Shown piece after piece: positions 1-13,224 of a stretch of DNA of 64,000 bases (position 1 is the stretch's first letter; every line of letters starts with the position of its first letter). Under the pieces are notes generated by a model. The model ran no database searches. It saw nothing but the letters and a program-made list of their open reading frames with translations, and was not told the DNA's origin. The stretch is taken from the NCBI RefSeq assembly GCF_018350175.1, contig NC_058368.1, positions 154,878,001 to 154,942,000 on the forward strand, written 5' to 3'. The stretch comes from Felis catus. Taxonomy: Eukaryota. The position numbers and the translations under genes are program-made.

Positions 1-106
1 CCCTAATGCCACCATAACTCTAGTGTTAGCTTCTAGGAGGAAGGAGCAAGGCATCCTTTGACAAAAATATTGCTTCCCCCAGCATCCTATCAGGTGTCTG
101 GCCTCC

Positions 107-310
107 TTTTTTATTTTTTTCTTTTTTGAGAGAGAGTGCGCTCACATGGCGTGGAGGGGCAGAGGGAGAAAGAGAATCCCAGGCAGGCTCCATGCTTTCA
201 AGTGCTGTCAGCACAGGGCCTGACTCAGGGATTCATCTCATAAATGTGAGATCATGACCTGAGCCAAAATCGAGTCAGACGCTCAACCAACTGAGCCACC
301 CAAGCACTCC
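107..310 (-). mobile_element. Can-SINE (felid tRNA-derived SINE), older copy
   Basis: Reverse complement reads ggagtgcttgggtggctcagttggttgagcgtctgact...caggtcatgatctc, then a (CT)-rich tract and A-tail. Confidence 0.9.
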
Positions 311-1544
311 AGCCTACTTCTAATCAGAGCCTTCTAGCTTGTTTACTTTAGGAAGAACTAAATCCTTTAAGCCAAGAAATCCTGAAAAACAGATTGACAT
401 CAAACTTGTTTGCAAGTTCCAAAGTAGGCATTTCAAGTGGGTGGCTCTGCTTTTCCTATGGGAAAGTCATATTCTGTTTCTTACTATATTAATTTATTGC
501 TAACTATCTTTGAGGATAGCTTTGTACGACAGTCCCAATCCTGTGCTTTGATTTGAGATTTACCCTGGACTCCACACAACATGAGAAGCTGCTTCGTATC
601 TGTGCATTCAGGTGTCAAAATGTAAATTGAAGATAGCTATTATCTCTTCTCTGCAGAATCTGTAGTGTAATACTTTGTTCTTCGAACATAATCACATCAC
701 TGATTAATCATTTGTAGATTATACTCTTTGAATCCAATTCCAGTGGAATTGAATCAAGACTGAATTCTACATTCCATCTGGCAATGGGAAGGTAATTGAA
801 TCCCCGAAATTTTCAATGCTGCCTTCTAGGTTCCCAACCTTCTGCTCATTTCCTCTTTCCCCATCTCAATGGGAAGTCCATCCACATTGCAGAAGCACTG
901 AGTTTTCTAAGTTTCTTTCTACTATCTTTCCCACCACATACACTCATCAAAAAGGAAGAGATCTAATATCTGCCATTTATAGATGTTAACTGATTGATTG
1001 ATGACACTTGAGTGTGAATGCGTTTCTGTAAATGCCTAACCATAGTCAGCCTTGTGTATTTTAAGCCTTTTGTCGCTAATTATGGAATGAGAGACTGTAT
1101 TCCCATTAAAGCAATTTCAGGCATTTGCAAGAAGAAAGGCTAGGATGCTTCTGCAAGGTAGGGCCTACACTAAAGGTAAATCTGCTTGACTCCCTTTAAG
1201 ATAATTGTACATGCATTCAAAAAGGACCTGAGGCCCACCTTGAAATGGTCTCTTAATCACTTAACAAGAATGGCTGTAAGATGTTTGTTCCTGGGTGACT
1301 GGTAGCAACTGTCTTCTGACGTCTCTACAAGCCTGCAGCCATCCTGCCCAGGACAAGTGTGTATGTTGGCATTTCTTCTATAGGAGCTTCGCTTGATTCC
1401 AAATCAGGTAAGACAATGAGGCTAGAAGGTAAGCCTACTAGAGCACAACAGGTAATCAGAAAAAAGGAGCCAGAGGTAGCCTATGATGTGAGTTAAGGCC
1501 AGCAGTCAGCCCCATGATCGTACCCAAAACAATCTTCCAATTAT

Positions 1545-1737
1545 AAAATAAATAAGGCCCAGGGATTAAAAGTACAGCACAGGGAATGTAGTGAATAATA
1601 TTGTAATAACATTGTATGGTAACAGATGGTGACACTTATCATGGTGAGCACTGAGCAATTGTCAAATTGCTATATTGTATACCTAAAACTAATGTAACAC
1701 TGTATGTCAACCATACTTTAATAATACATTTTTAAAA
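1545..1737 (+). mobile_element. L1 (carnivore-type) 3' end fragment
   Basis: agtacagcacagggaat...atggtgagcactgag...aaactaatgtaacactgtatgtcaac matches the recalled carnivore L1 3' UTR. Confidence 0.8.
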
Positions 1738-3168
1738 GGATGCTGAGTGGAGATTTCAACTCTCTGGATTCATAAGATGCTCAAGAAGCTTGGAGCAAAC
1801 ATCAGGCAGAAATCCAAGTCATCAGCAGAAGGAAGTGAAGGTATTATCTTAAAGATCAGAGTGCCAGGCAAAACTGTGGTCTTTGGGAAGAACAGGACAA
1901 ATGAAACTGCTGGTTTGGGAACCAAGACTAGATGAATCACCAAGATTCTAGTTCCAAGAAATAGTTATTACCCTTGGACTAACAAGAAAAGTTCCCCCAC
2001 TCTGACTCCTGTACTTTGGAGAACACTTCTGGGGCCTTTCTCCAGCCATGCTACTTCCTATGGAACAGTACACAATGCTAAGAAGACATGCCCATCTAAA
2101 GGCGGCGCCCAACCTGCTAAACTCTGCTCAAATGACCCTGAGCTTGCTTCTAAGACCTGAAGAGGCCCTTTCCGTATTCATTTCTTGGTAACTAACAGCA
2201 CCAACTATGAGACTACAAGGTAGCTCCGGGGAAAGATGGACATAACTGGTATTTGAACGTGTGGCTATAACACCTGCATAGGTGTGCACAAGACCCCCTG
2301 CAGGTACAGAATGAAGCTGGAAGTGAAAAGAGAAGGGAAATGGCCAGGGGACTTCCATTTGTACAAGGATCTTGGTGCTCCTTGAACCACCCTGACCAAA
2401 GAAAGAATTGACCCCAAAGCATGAGTTCTCTTTGAACTTCCAGTTAAGAATTAAGAGGTTATAGTTCACAAGGTGAGTGGACTCCAAAGGTAAAACATTC
2501 AATAAATCATTCCATTACTCTTCCTATCAGAGCTGAAGAATAAATCCTCTACTCTACTTTTTTTTCTAATCATAGCCCTTTTCTAATCATAGCCTTTTTT
2601 TTCTACTTTTTTTCTAATCATAGCCCTTTCTTAAACAAATAGCCGTAATTCTCAAATGTGTAGGGTTTTATTTAATTAGTGCTGGATGTGTTTGAAAAAT
2701 TCCAGTTTGGAGTTTGCAAATTCAAATACCTTAGGGCTCAGGAGTGGGATGAGCCTGTGGTAGCTTCAAGGTATGGGAATTACCCCATGGCATTTACATT
2801 TTGAAGACAAAAATAAAAGACAATTTGAAGACAGAAAAAAAAATTTTTTTTCAGTGAATAGGAAGAATTTAGGCCGACTAGTTTGCCACCTCTAGATAAA
2901 ATTTCCCTTTCTGGACTTCCTAAAATATAGTTCTATGCTTTCTTTGGTACTTCTAGAAATAAACTTTCTGTCCAAAAAAACAGTGTTATTAGAACATTTA
3001 TTTCTATTAATTAGCATAATGTATGATATGTGTTCCTAGTTTACTGCGCTTCTCATTACTAAAGCTACCAGAAAAAGAATATATGTTTAACAAAAATGTT
3101 CCCAATCCTATATCTATTCATGAGATACTATGTTCTATATGTCCTAGAATTAGTCTGGATAAAACATA

Positions 3169-3169
<1 letters not shown>

Positions 3170-3206
<37 letters not shown>

Positions 3207-3221
3207 CACACACACACACAC
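3170..3221. repeat. (CA)n microsatellite
   Basis: Direct reading; one CG interruption. Confidence 0.97.
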
Positions 3222-3399
3222 CTCCTTGCTTTGATATAAATGGTTTTCCCCACAAGTAGATGGGTATTTTGAAATCACACCAGATACATTTAATATATAA
3301 GATTAGTCACTTAGCAAGTTGGTTCTTAGAGAAAATATAAGAAACACAATCATTAAATAATAAAACCAAAATTTAAAATCCCAACAATACAAAATTAGT

Positions 3400-3790
3400 G
3401 CTGCCAATTTCAAATTAATCAATTTAGGAGGACATTTAATCCACCGCTGAGAATATTTTTGGAAATCCTCTTTTGGGAATTTTTGGGTACCTTTGGTACA
3501 AATCCTTTGAAATATCCTTAGTGATGGTGAATTTTCACCAATTGAGGTCAGATTTTATTTTTAGAGAGAGCAAAAAGTCAATCAAAGCCAAGTCTGCTGT
3601 ATGAAATAAGTGATCAAGCTGAGTTGTTCCACTTCTAATCAAAATCAAAGTATGCTTATAAATCTCAGAGCAGTGTGTTTATGTGGCTTTATAAGTGTCT
3701 ACTGGCATTGAAAATAATTTTAGATAAAAGTTACAAATATGTTTAGAGTATCATTAGAATATGTGATTAGGATGTATAGCTTTTAATATA
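3400..3790. mobile_element. MARNA-like mariner DNA transposon fossil
   Basis: caaaaagtcaatcaaagccaagtctg...tgatcaagctg resembles the recalled MARNA consensus; boundaries approximate. Confidence 0.55.
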
Positions 3791-3829
3791 TGTGTTTTTT
3801 AAAAGTAGAAAGACATTTTTCCTCACAGG

Positions 3830-4450
3830 AAACATCAAAATGAATTCTAGGTGAATTAAAAATGTGCTTTTTAAATTAAACCATAAAAATCTAGGAGAAA
3901 TTATAGGTGATCAGCCGACATCATAGTAACAAAGTATGAACCTATAAGGAATATATTGATATAATTGATGGTTGAAAAACTAATACATTAAAAAAAAAGA
4001 AAAAAGAAAAACTAATACATTCAAAAAATAGTGTAAAAAGACAACAAATGGAAATGGAATAAAGACACTTAGCAAATTCACACTTTTAGAAAATGGGTTC
4101 TTTCTTCACATTAGAAAAAAAAAAAAAAACTTACATTGCTATACTAACTGAAAAGAGAGAAGCACTCTCCCAGGCTTTGGGAGCACAGAGTGGCACAACT
4201 TTGCTGTAGGGAAAATTGGTCATACGTAAAAAATGCCTGAAAAACAAGTATACTCTTTGACCTAATAAGTTAATTTGTAAGAATTTATCTTAAGAAAATT
4301 GTTATAAATCTGCACAAAATTTATATCCATGTAAGTTCTCTGTACTAGTGAAAGAGAAGAAAATAATCTGATATCTACTTAAAAGAAGATTAAATTAGTA
4401 AATTTGGGTATTTCTGTATAATAGAACAAAAATGACAAGAAAATGTTTAT
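3830..4450 (+). mobile_element. Old L1M(E) fragment
   Basis: A-rich decayed L1 3' motifs (aaaccataaaaatctaggagaaa; ctttgacctaataagttaatttgtaagaatttatct). Confidence 0.55.
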
Positions 4451-5554
4451 AACATACAGGTTGTCAAACAATGACACATCGATAGCCATTTTACTTCTTT
4501 AGACAGACATTTACTCTATTTTCCAATAATCTTAATTCAATCATTTAATGAGGAACAGACCATTGGCTCTGTGTGTGTGTGTGTATCACAGATTTCTGAT
4601 TTTGAAACACTCCTATGCTGGCTATTTTGTAAGCTCTTCATTTCTGGGGAAAATGTCATCTCTGTTCATGGAGTTTTTCTTACCAGCTATGCCATACACT
4701 TTATGCCATGTTGGAACAAAGATGCATAAGAACATTGTTTGCTGCTCACACAGATCTACTCTCTTTCATGGGCACATTGTGTTGTTTCACTTCTTCCTTT
4801 TAAGAGATGGGGTTTTTGCTTTCTGAGACACTCACAGTGTGTGATTTAAAGCTTGGGTTTATCACTTCAGGATTGAGTGTTTTTAATGACAATTTAAATC
4901 ATAGACAACACCACCGAATCTACTCATACCTTTTCTATACCAGATGACCACTTAAACCCTGTCTTTCTACAGATCTTTGCACCTTTTCACATGTGTTTTC
5001 TTTTAGTTAAATCTAAGAATATGATTTTGATTATTCATTTATTTTTGTATGTTAAAGCTCAAGCTCCTTCATCATATTTCGGGCTTGTTAAATAGCTTAT
5101 AGAGATTAAAATATCTTCAGTGAAATAACTAATCCTGGATTCAGCTACATAACAGAGGGTATTTTCTGAGTTCTTGAGAAGAAAATCCCCCAGAGAGTAC
5201 CTTTTAGAAATGTTGGTATGTCTCATTTGGGAAAAACATGGATTTTTTAAGCTAAAAAGAGGCTACTGAAAAAGGGATGATACTGAAATATTGGGGATTT
5301 TTTTAAGTTCTATTTAAAAAAAACACATTTTAAATGATTTTTCAAAAATACTGATAAAATGATTGTTTTCAAAGATAAAATAATTTTAATAACTATATTT
5401 ATATTGTGGACTCAAGAGGAGTTAAAATACATGCACGCTTGATTTACTTACTAAAGCTCTAGAAAATTAAAGAAATTATTTTGAATTTTGTTAATATGCT
5501 ATAGGTATAATACAGTTATATTTTTCACTTTAGCGAAAAGTGATTTTAGAGGAG

Positions 5555-5750
5555 AAGTATAGAACGAGCATTGGAGCCATGGTTTTACCACACACTATCT
5601 GTGTTACATCAGGCAAACTGTTCTGTTTCTTCCCATGTACAAAGGTATAATGATACATATCCTGAAAGTTAATTAAAAGATAAATGAAATAAAATAGAAA
5701 AGCCTCTGTAGAGTTCTTGGCTTATATGAAGCACTAAGTTCATGGTGATT
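5555..5750 (+). mobile_element. MIR
   Basis: Decayed MIR core (ctatctgtgttacatcaggcaa...tgtacaaaggtataatgatac). Confidence 0.5.
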
Positions 5751-6046
5751 ATTGTTTCTATTACTAATACCAGTTAGTATTAGTTTCTAATACCAATTTT
5801 AACACTCGCTAAATATCACAGTGGTCTCTTCTCCTGAGCTGCTCCCTCACTAAGTTATGTCTTCTCTCCAAGATCCATTCAATTCTAACTTTTTCCTAAG
5901 TCTTCCTTGACTTTTCTGGCTTTCATTGATCTAATTGCTTCATGAGTGACTCTTACCCATTAACCCAGATGAATTTCAAACTCATAGAGATCAGGACAAT
6001 GTCTTCTATTATTTCTGAATTGCTTAAATTTTATTTATTGTATCCT

Positions 6047-6558
6047 TGTTCTGGTTATTTATTGCTGTATAATAAACGCCAAAGCTAAGTGAATTAAAAC
6101 AACAATCTTATGATGTCTTGTGATTTTTCTGGGTCAAATATTTGGATGGTGTTTGGCCATGTGTTTCTTCTACTTCATGGCATGTTGACAGTCACTCTGT
6201 GGTATTTAGCTGGTAAGGATTGGTATGTAGGATCAAAGATGACTTTGCTCCTATTTTGGTGCTTTGGCAGGGCTAATGGGAAGATTGGGCCCAGCAGGAC
6301 TGTTAAAAGGAATGTCAATACATGTGGAGTATGCACGTTGTCTTTTACATGTTTGTCTCATGGTAATTGTTGGGCTTCTCATATGTCAGCCGAGGTCACC
6401 AAGTGCATGAACATATAGGGATAAAAAGTCTTGTGGCATCACCATTATTGGCTGAAACAGTCACAAGCCTACCCAGATTACTGGGAAGGGGTCACAGATC
6501 CCAAATTTTGAAGAGAAGGGTGTTAAAGAATTTGCAGCCATGGTTTAAAACTGCCACA
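6047..6558 (-). mobile_element. MLT1 (MaLR) solo LTR
   Basis: TG...CA ends; tgttctggttatttattgctgtataataaa...aaaacaac MLT1 terminus; degenerate 5-bp TSD atcct/atctc. Confidence 0.8.
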
Positions 6559-6667
6559 ATCTCCTCTGACACAAGAGTTCTCTAAGAATACATTCTATGT
6601 TCTGGTCATATTTATATCATCAGTGATGTCTTATAGGTCAGGATATATTCAGTAAAGAAAAGGAACA

Positions 6668-6888
6668 GGGCGCCTGGGTGGCTCAGTCGGTTGAGCATCT
6701 GACTTCAGCTCAGGTCATGATCTCACGATTCGTGGGTTTGAGCCCCGCGTTGGGCTCTGTGCTGACAGCTCGGAGCCTGGAGTCTGCTTCAGATTCTGTG
6801 TCTTCCTCTCTCTCTCTGCCCTTCTCCTGCTCACACTCTGTCAATCTCTCTCTCAAAAAATAAGTAAACATTAAAAAAAATTTTTTTT
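6668..6888 (+). mobile_element. Can-SINE (SINEC_Fc type)
   Basis: gggcgcctgggtggctcagtcggttgagcatctgacttcagctcaggtcatgatctc; (CT)n; A-tail; TSD-like aagaaaaggaac/aagaaaagcaac. Confidence 0.95.
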
Positions 6889-9800
6889 AAGAAAAGCAAC
6901 TACAGGAAATAAACTTTAAAAAAATGATTGAAAACTTAGCCTTTGCTCATATTTTCTATAGTTAAGAAAAATCAAAGTAATTATTTTGAAGTTTTTCATA
7001 CCAGAAGCTAAATATTACTCAAATTTACTATATTTTACCACCATGAAATGATTTAAAGTCAAAAGATGCGATGTTTTCACTAACAACTCTGTGTAAGCCA
7101 CTTCTTTTCTTCAGAGCCATATTTTCTCTTTTGTAAGAGTAATGACGATGACAACAATAACATTAAAGTAGACAGTATTTAAGATTTCTTATACCTCTAG
7201 AACCCTGCAACTGTTGGTTTGCTATTTTTATAACAATAACAGAAGAGAGGCAGAGAGTGGTAGAAAGATGGCTGGTATGGAGACAATAGGACATAGACCT
7301 GCCATCTGCTACTGGTGTAAACTTGGAGGATAATAGTTTCTCTAATAAGTTTTCAAGGTCATGGTGAATTTGGTAGGACCATGTAATGAAAAATCTCGAG
7401 AAACTGTCAAGCGTTGCAGGGTTGGGAAACATTTCTCAGCCTTCCTAAGTGGATAGAGTGAAAGGAGCAGGTCTTACCAGGTTTTGGATAGGTTCTGTCC
7501 TTACACTAAACAGTTTGGAGCATGTCTATGAACAGGCAGCTATACTGGAATATCTCCAGCTCCAGAATCTGCAACTAAGTGCAGCCCATGTAAATAGGCA
7601 CCCCCTTTTCTTACTTGGGAGGCTGCATTTCTAATCATTGAAAACATGCATATTGCCAAGGGAAAGGCACTGATAATTCAGCCGCTGAGCCAGTATAGAG
7701 AAGTTATTCATTACTGGGTTCAATCCAAGGTCAAAAACATCAAACTCCAACCATTAAGCAAAATGGTGACAGGCATGGTAGTGATGACCCAGAGTGAATA
7801 TATTGCCCAGAGGAAGCGAGGTCAGGAATACAGCAGGCCTGAAAAAGGTTGCCGAGTCAAAGTCAGGAACAACCAGCCTACGGTCCAGAGGTACATGGGA
7901 CACAGCATGTTCCAGCTGGAGTACCGGAGGGCAGCAAAGGGTAGGCCAGCCACCAACAGGACAGGCTAGGACGTCTTCAACATCTAACTACATTTACAAG
8001 TTTTGTTTCTGAGCTTCAAATCTCCCTCTCCCCCCCATTTAGATCTCACTTTGACAAATCTGGTGAAGACAAGGAGAGAGGTGCTTACTATCTTTCCTGT
8101 TGCAGACTGCAGTTTGTTTGGGCCTCCAAGCCTCAAAGCAGGGCCTGGGTTTCTCAAAATCTATCTCCTCAATCAGCCTCAGCCTCACTACTGTTTAGAC
8201 AGATTGCACTTTAACATTCCCTTTAGAAGGATGCTGAATCTAGTAGTTCTAAGGACTATTGAAGTTTTAGAAGTTAGTGTTTGTGTTCTCAGCAATGACA
8301 ATTGTTTCCTAACTTGTTTCTTTGCCTAGGCTTAACAAAAAAAGCATCACTTGTACCAGGGCAGCATCTAAAACGCAAAGCTCTGTGTCTAGTGCCTACT
8401 CTGAATAGAACTGGAATCGTTTTGGTTGTGGGGCTATGATGTGCCACAAAGCATGAAAATGCAGACAGGAGTGGCTGACTTCTGCATCCTACTCTCCATG
8501 GAGGTGGCTACAGACACCCACCCAGATATGAAAGTCAAGAAAGGGTCATGCTCCGCCTTGCCTTTGTTTAAGACAACTTCTTGAAGCCCAGTTCTTGCTG
8601 GCCACTGCAGAGAACTGCCCCACAGCTCTGGGTGTCTGGGAAATGCCTGTTTCATTAAGGCTCCTGAACCCTATCATGTTACACTTCAGAAGTAGTGACC
8701 AGCTTACTTAAAACAAAGAAGCTTTGACCTTTCTCCCCTTCTGAAACCAAAAACAGATGAAGTTAAAGTGACTCATTTCCGGCTTTAAATATGCTCTAAA
8801 AAACATTTTTTCAAGTAGTTTTTGGCCTCAGGGTTTGGGGTTTTTTTGGGGTGGGGGGGAGGGAGGTTGTTTTTTTGTCTTATTTTTACATAAATATATC
8901 TCGTATCCTTCTTGTCAAGGTCAACACATTTATTATTTATATTCATGGTGTAGTCCACCATACTTTTTTTTCCGTTTAGCTTTCTTACTTTCTTCCTTTT
9001 TTTTTTTTTTTTAATCTGCGTTGTTTATAACCATGACCCTTGATCCTCTAAGTCTTAAAACAGCTTGGCTTTCAGCAGCTAAATCTGACAAGGTCAGCAT
9101 TTTTCTGTTTATTCTGAGAATAGTATTTACCCTCTGGGGTTTTTAAAAGCAATTCTGTAAAACATCACTTGGAAAAAGTTTGTAGCATTCATAGAGACTT
9201 CCATAAAGTCAGATGACCATAAATGACAACTTCTTGCTCTGATTTTTGAACTCTGGGGCAATCATCACTATCTATTTGGTGCCTAAGTAGCTTCACTAAC
9301 CAAATTTTTAAAAACAAAATGATGGATTTAAAATAATCTCAGTATAATTTATTTCACTTGAGGCACTTGCCACCTTGAATCAAAAACTACTCAAACAATT
9401 CTTGTGTTTTGCTCTTTAGAAAAATATTTTCCATTAGGAATCAATGATACATTATATTATTTATTTTAAGTTATAAATTAGGATAAAGAGAGGAAGAAGA
9501 CTTTTTCAGTAGACAAGCTATAGAACAAATCTACTTTTGATCCGAAGGTAAATTGTGAAGCAGTTGGGGATCATAACTTGTGCTTAAGGAGACAAAAGCT
9601 ATTTCTGAACTGGGGAAATTGAAAATGTTATTTGAAAAGAGACTAGCATATTTGTCCAAGGTTCAAAGATAATCCATCAGGCCTGGATACAGTTTTTTAT
9701 TCACTAGAGCTACAGCAGATCCCTTTGCTTCACCATGAGCCCACCAGATCCCAACAGCTCTCAGGATCAAGCTGCAAATACAACTTCTTAGCTATGAAGT

Positions 9801-10809
9801 TTCAGTAAAGAACACATCTCTGCTGCACACGGACCTCCCCACCAAAAGGCTTGATGGTAAAACCAAAGTACGTAATACATTCAGATCTCATTCAGAAGTT
9901 TATTCACTAGACTGTGAGAAGAAACATTAAACTCTAGCAAATATACTGCTAGTTACAATGCACTGCGCTAGCAAAAAGACCTCTTTTTGGTGGTAGATGA
10001 GCGTTGGAAGGGGGTGAGAGGGCACTCATGCCATTGGGAATGTTTTGTGGTTTCTTCAGGAAGAGTAAGGATGCTTGAATCTCTGGCTCAGGATAATCAA
10101 GGAGCAGGTGGTGCCTGGGAGGATAAACAGTGCTAAGTCTGCATTTATTCCTTTAGCCCTAACTGTACATTAATTCAATAAGATGGTCTAATAAAATAAT
10201 GCAGTTTTCAAAATGCTTAGCTGGCATTTCGGGCGGGGTGGGCAATTTTTATTATTTACCAAGGAATGCATCTTGAAGGAACTGGTGAATAAAGCAAGTT
10301 CGCGCTGTAGGCTGCTCTGGCCTCCAGGGGTCACCCTTCCCTTTAATGACTATACAACAATAGTCTGAGACCCCACCCTGAGGGACTTTGGTCTTTTAGC
10401 AATTTCTTGTGCCCTAGTAACTCTGAGAATCCCAGAGATTGCTTTTATGTTCAAGAATGTGTGCTGGTTGTCACTTTCGCCCTCAGCCAGCCATCTGTCT
10501 CTGTCTGCTGCCACACCCTTCTGCCTGCAACCTCTTGCTGCCTGAATCTGACTTCTGCCATTTCTGCTCCCCTCATGCCATTTTGTGCCAAGTGTAGACA
10601 TGGGCTTATCTCGTTTTTCCCCAGAGCACAGTCAATAGCAAGCTGAGATATTTAGCAAAACTTCGCTGAAGGCTTAGGGATAACAGAAGGAAAGAAATTA
10701 CAAGGAAAAAAGAAAAAGAAAAAGAAGAAATATAGGATACTAGATTTGTATGACTTTCCCCAGAATGTGCATACCTCCACAGGGATTCCCTACCAAAGGC
10801 TCTTTTTTA

Positions 10810-10855
<46 letters not shown>
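10810..10855. repeat. (CATA)n/(CA)n microsatellite
   Basis: Direct reading. Confidence 0.97.
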
Positions 10856-10859
<4 letters not shown>

Positions 10860-12096
10860 CTTACTTCATGTTGCTATGGCTAGCTTACTTCTCTCTCATC
10901 TGGAATTGAGACCCTCAAATCCTCTGTGATTGCCACAGAGAGGAATATTTATTTTCCTAAAAGGAAACTTGATGTGATCTTCAAAGCATATAATCCTTTA
11001 TATTATCATATATGCCAGCTTCTCTCTGAACATTCTCATACTTTCCAATGGCTCATACTTTCTCAGAATAAAATCTTTGCTTTATCTTATTTTATTTATT
11101 TCAGTCAAGAAGTGGGGGGCAGAGAGTTGTATGTTTAAAAGGCAGGATGTTTCTGGATTCTACGCATTCATTTTCAATCAAATATTGGCACCCACCGGGA
11201 GACCCTGTTATACCTGTTCCACCAGGGGGTTAGCAACTAAAATGAAGCACCCAGTGTGATTTAAGGAGAAGTCCTGGTGTCTTGAGATCACCCAGAATCA
11301 AAAGAAGAGTCACAAGTATAAGGGGATAAGCAACAACTGGATTCTGTAGGCTGACAGATTAATCAGTCAAGACCTTAGACTGTATAGACTGAGGAACTGT
11401 TAGGAATTAGAAAGACGGTGACAGTTCTGGGGAGAAAGTGAAGACTACAGGGATTGTGTACTGAGAGGCCAGGGATAGAAAAGAAAACTGTAAAATTAAC
11501 CTCAAACTAGGATTTTGAATGTACTGTATCTCCTCAGTGAAATGGACATCCTTGTTAAATTTAGGCTAGAGAGTGATTAGAAAACCCAGGATGACTAACT
11601 CTGGGCTAGCCATGGGCAAAGACCAGAGACATGAAATAAAAATTCCTCTGAGGTCTGCCACTGTGCTTTCACCTGCCCTCTTCTCCAGGGACTTGAATCA
11701 GGCGTGTGGGCAGGGAGATCATTTGGTGCCCCTGCAAACCAATATACCTAAAATATTTGTTCACATTTATTCAAAGGAGGATCTCACGAGGGAAAGATTA
11801 ATAAGGAGGATTCCTACTGGTGGCAGCTTTCACCTCTGACCCTAATTTGAATACTTCACTCAGTAAATCAAAGACATTTCTGAGAAGATATTCTGGTGAC
11901 TACCTATTGCTATTTGACTAGCTCATCCCCACTCCAAGTCGCCTTTCAAAGTACTTCTCCCAACAGTACGTAACTTTTCTGGGAACTTTTCTAATAAATT
12001 GAATTCTTCCATCTTGTTAATTTCTCAGTGTCCTTTAGAGATAGGGGCCCTGGGTACCATCTAGCTGGTCCACCTCTCAATATAAATTGTCATGGC

Positions 12097-12144
12097 ACTG
12101 CCACCTGGAGCTACTGACGTCAGCACCACTGAACACATGACTCA
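12097..12144. promoter_or_regulatory. Candidate bZIP enhancer element: full CRE plus AP-1 site
   Basis: TGACGTCA at 12115-12122 (followed by GCA) and TGACTCA at 12138-12144. Confidence 0.4.
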
Positions 12145-13181
12145 CTCCCTGCTTATCCACATGACAGAAAACTGACAGTGCATTTCAGAGCACGAGATCT
12201 TTCTTCATGAGGATTCCCACTAGACACTGTTAAATTGAAATGAATGGAAGTGGTGGGTATCAGGGCACAAAGAACAGTAGAAATGGAGGCCAAAATGTAG
12301 AAAATATAAATACAAAATGCTCAGCGTCAGTAATCTGGGTGTGATATGTCAAATGAAGTTTGGAGCCACTTCTTTGTCATAAGAAAACATTTAAGAAATT
12401 TTCCTGAGAAACATGGTCCATCGTAGCTTATACAGGAAATAGAACTTTGGACTTCTCAACCTTGCCATTTCATTAACATGTTTTGCATGTAAACTTCCAA
12501 TTGGCTTCTTTATATTCACTTTTAAAATGAATATATTCTTCCGCATTAACATTTTATATAAAATCATGATCTAGACATGTACATGTACTGCTAAAATTAA
12601 ATCATCAATAATCACTATCTAAAATGAATTACATTCCAAAAGCTCTGGCTAATGATTTATCTCTTCTTCATGGAACCGATCTCTATCAGATTGATTTATG
12701 TAGCAGCCAATCATGTTTCAGTAAACTGCAGCATGCACATGCATCTTTAAGTGATGATAAGCTGTGACTGTCCATTTATTTGTACAACACCAGCAACAAA
12801 AAAAAAAAAAAAGAAGGAGAAAGAAAGTCCCAACCTCTTTCAAAAGCTTCACATGATGACCAAATCCTCTAAGTTATAATGGCGAATTCTGTATAAGATT
12901 TCAGAATAACTGACACAGTAACAAGCATATATAAAAATATTCACAAAAATAGTCAACATTAAAATGGTGACATTTGATATAGAGAATTCTTAGCTTTTGC
13001 ATGTTTACATTATTTGCTTTGATAGCAAGGTACCTTTTTGCACATTTACATTATTTGCTTTGATAGTAGATGCTTTTGTTAGTTGTTGAAGTGATTGACA
13101 ACCTCATGCTGTTCTATTTAATTGCCTTTTCTGCAATGCAAGGTTCTGTGTTTAGAAGACGCTGTTTCATAAATAAATCCA

Positions 13182-13183
<2 letters not shown>

Positions 13184-13221
<38 letters not shown>
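13184..13221. repeat. (TG)n microsatellite
   Basis: Direct reading. Confidence 0.97.

Positions 13222-13224
<3 letters not shown>

Noticed and set aside
735..751. Palindrome CAATTCCA-G-TGGAATTG
   Set aside because: An 8-bp arm is expected by chance in 64 kb, or may derive from an old repeat
6668..6740. tRNA-like A/B-box heads of the SINEs as tRNA genes
   Set aside because: They continue into a SINE body, CT tract, A-tail and TSD
7646..8012. 107-aa ORF region as coding
   Set aside because: No splice or Kozak support; looks like a decayed LTR-type repeat whose family I could not assign
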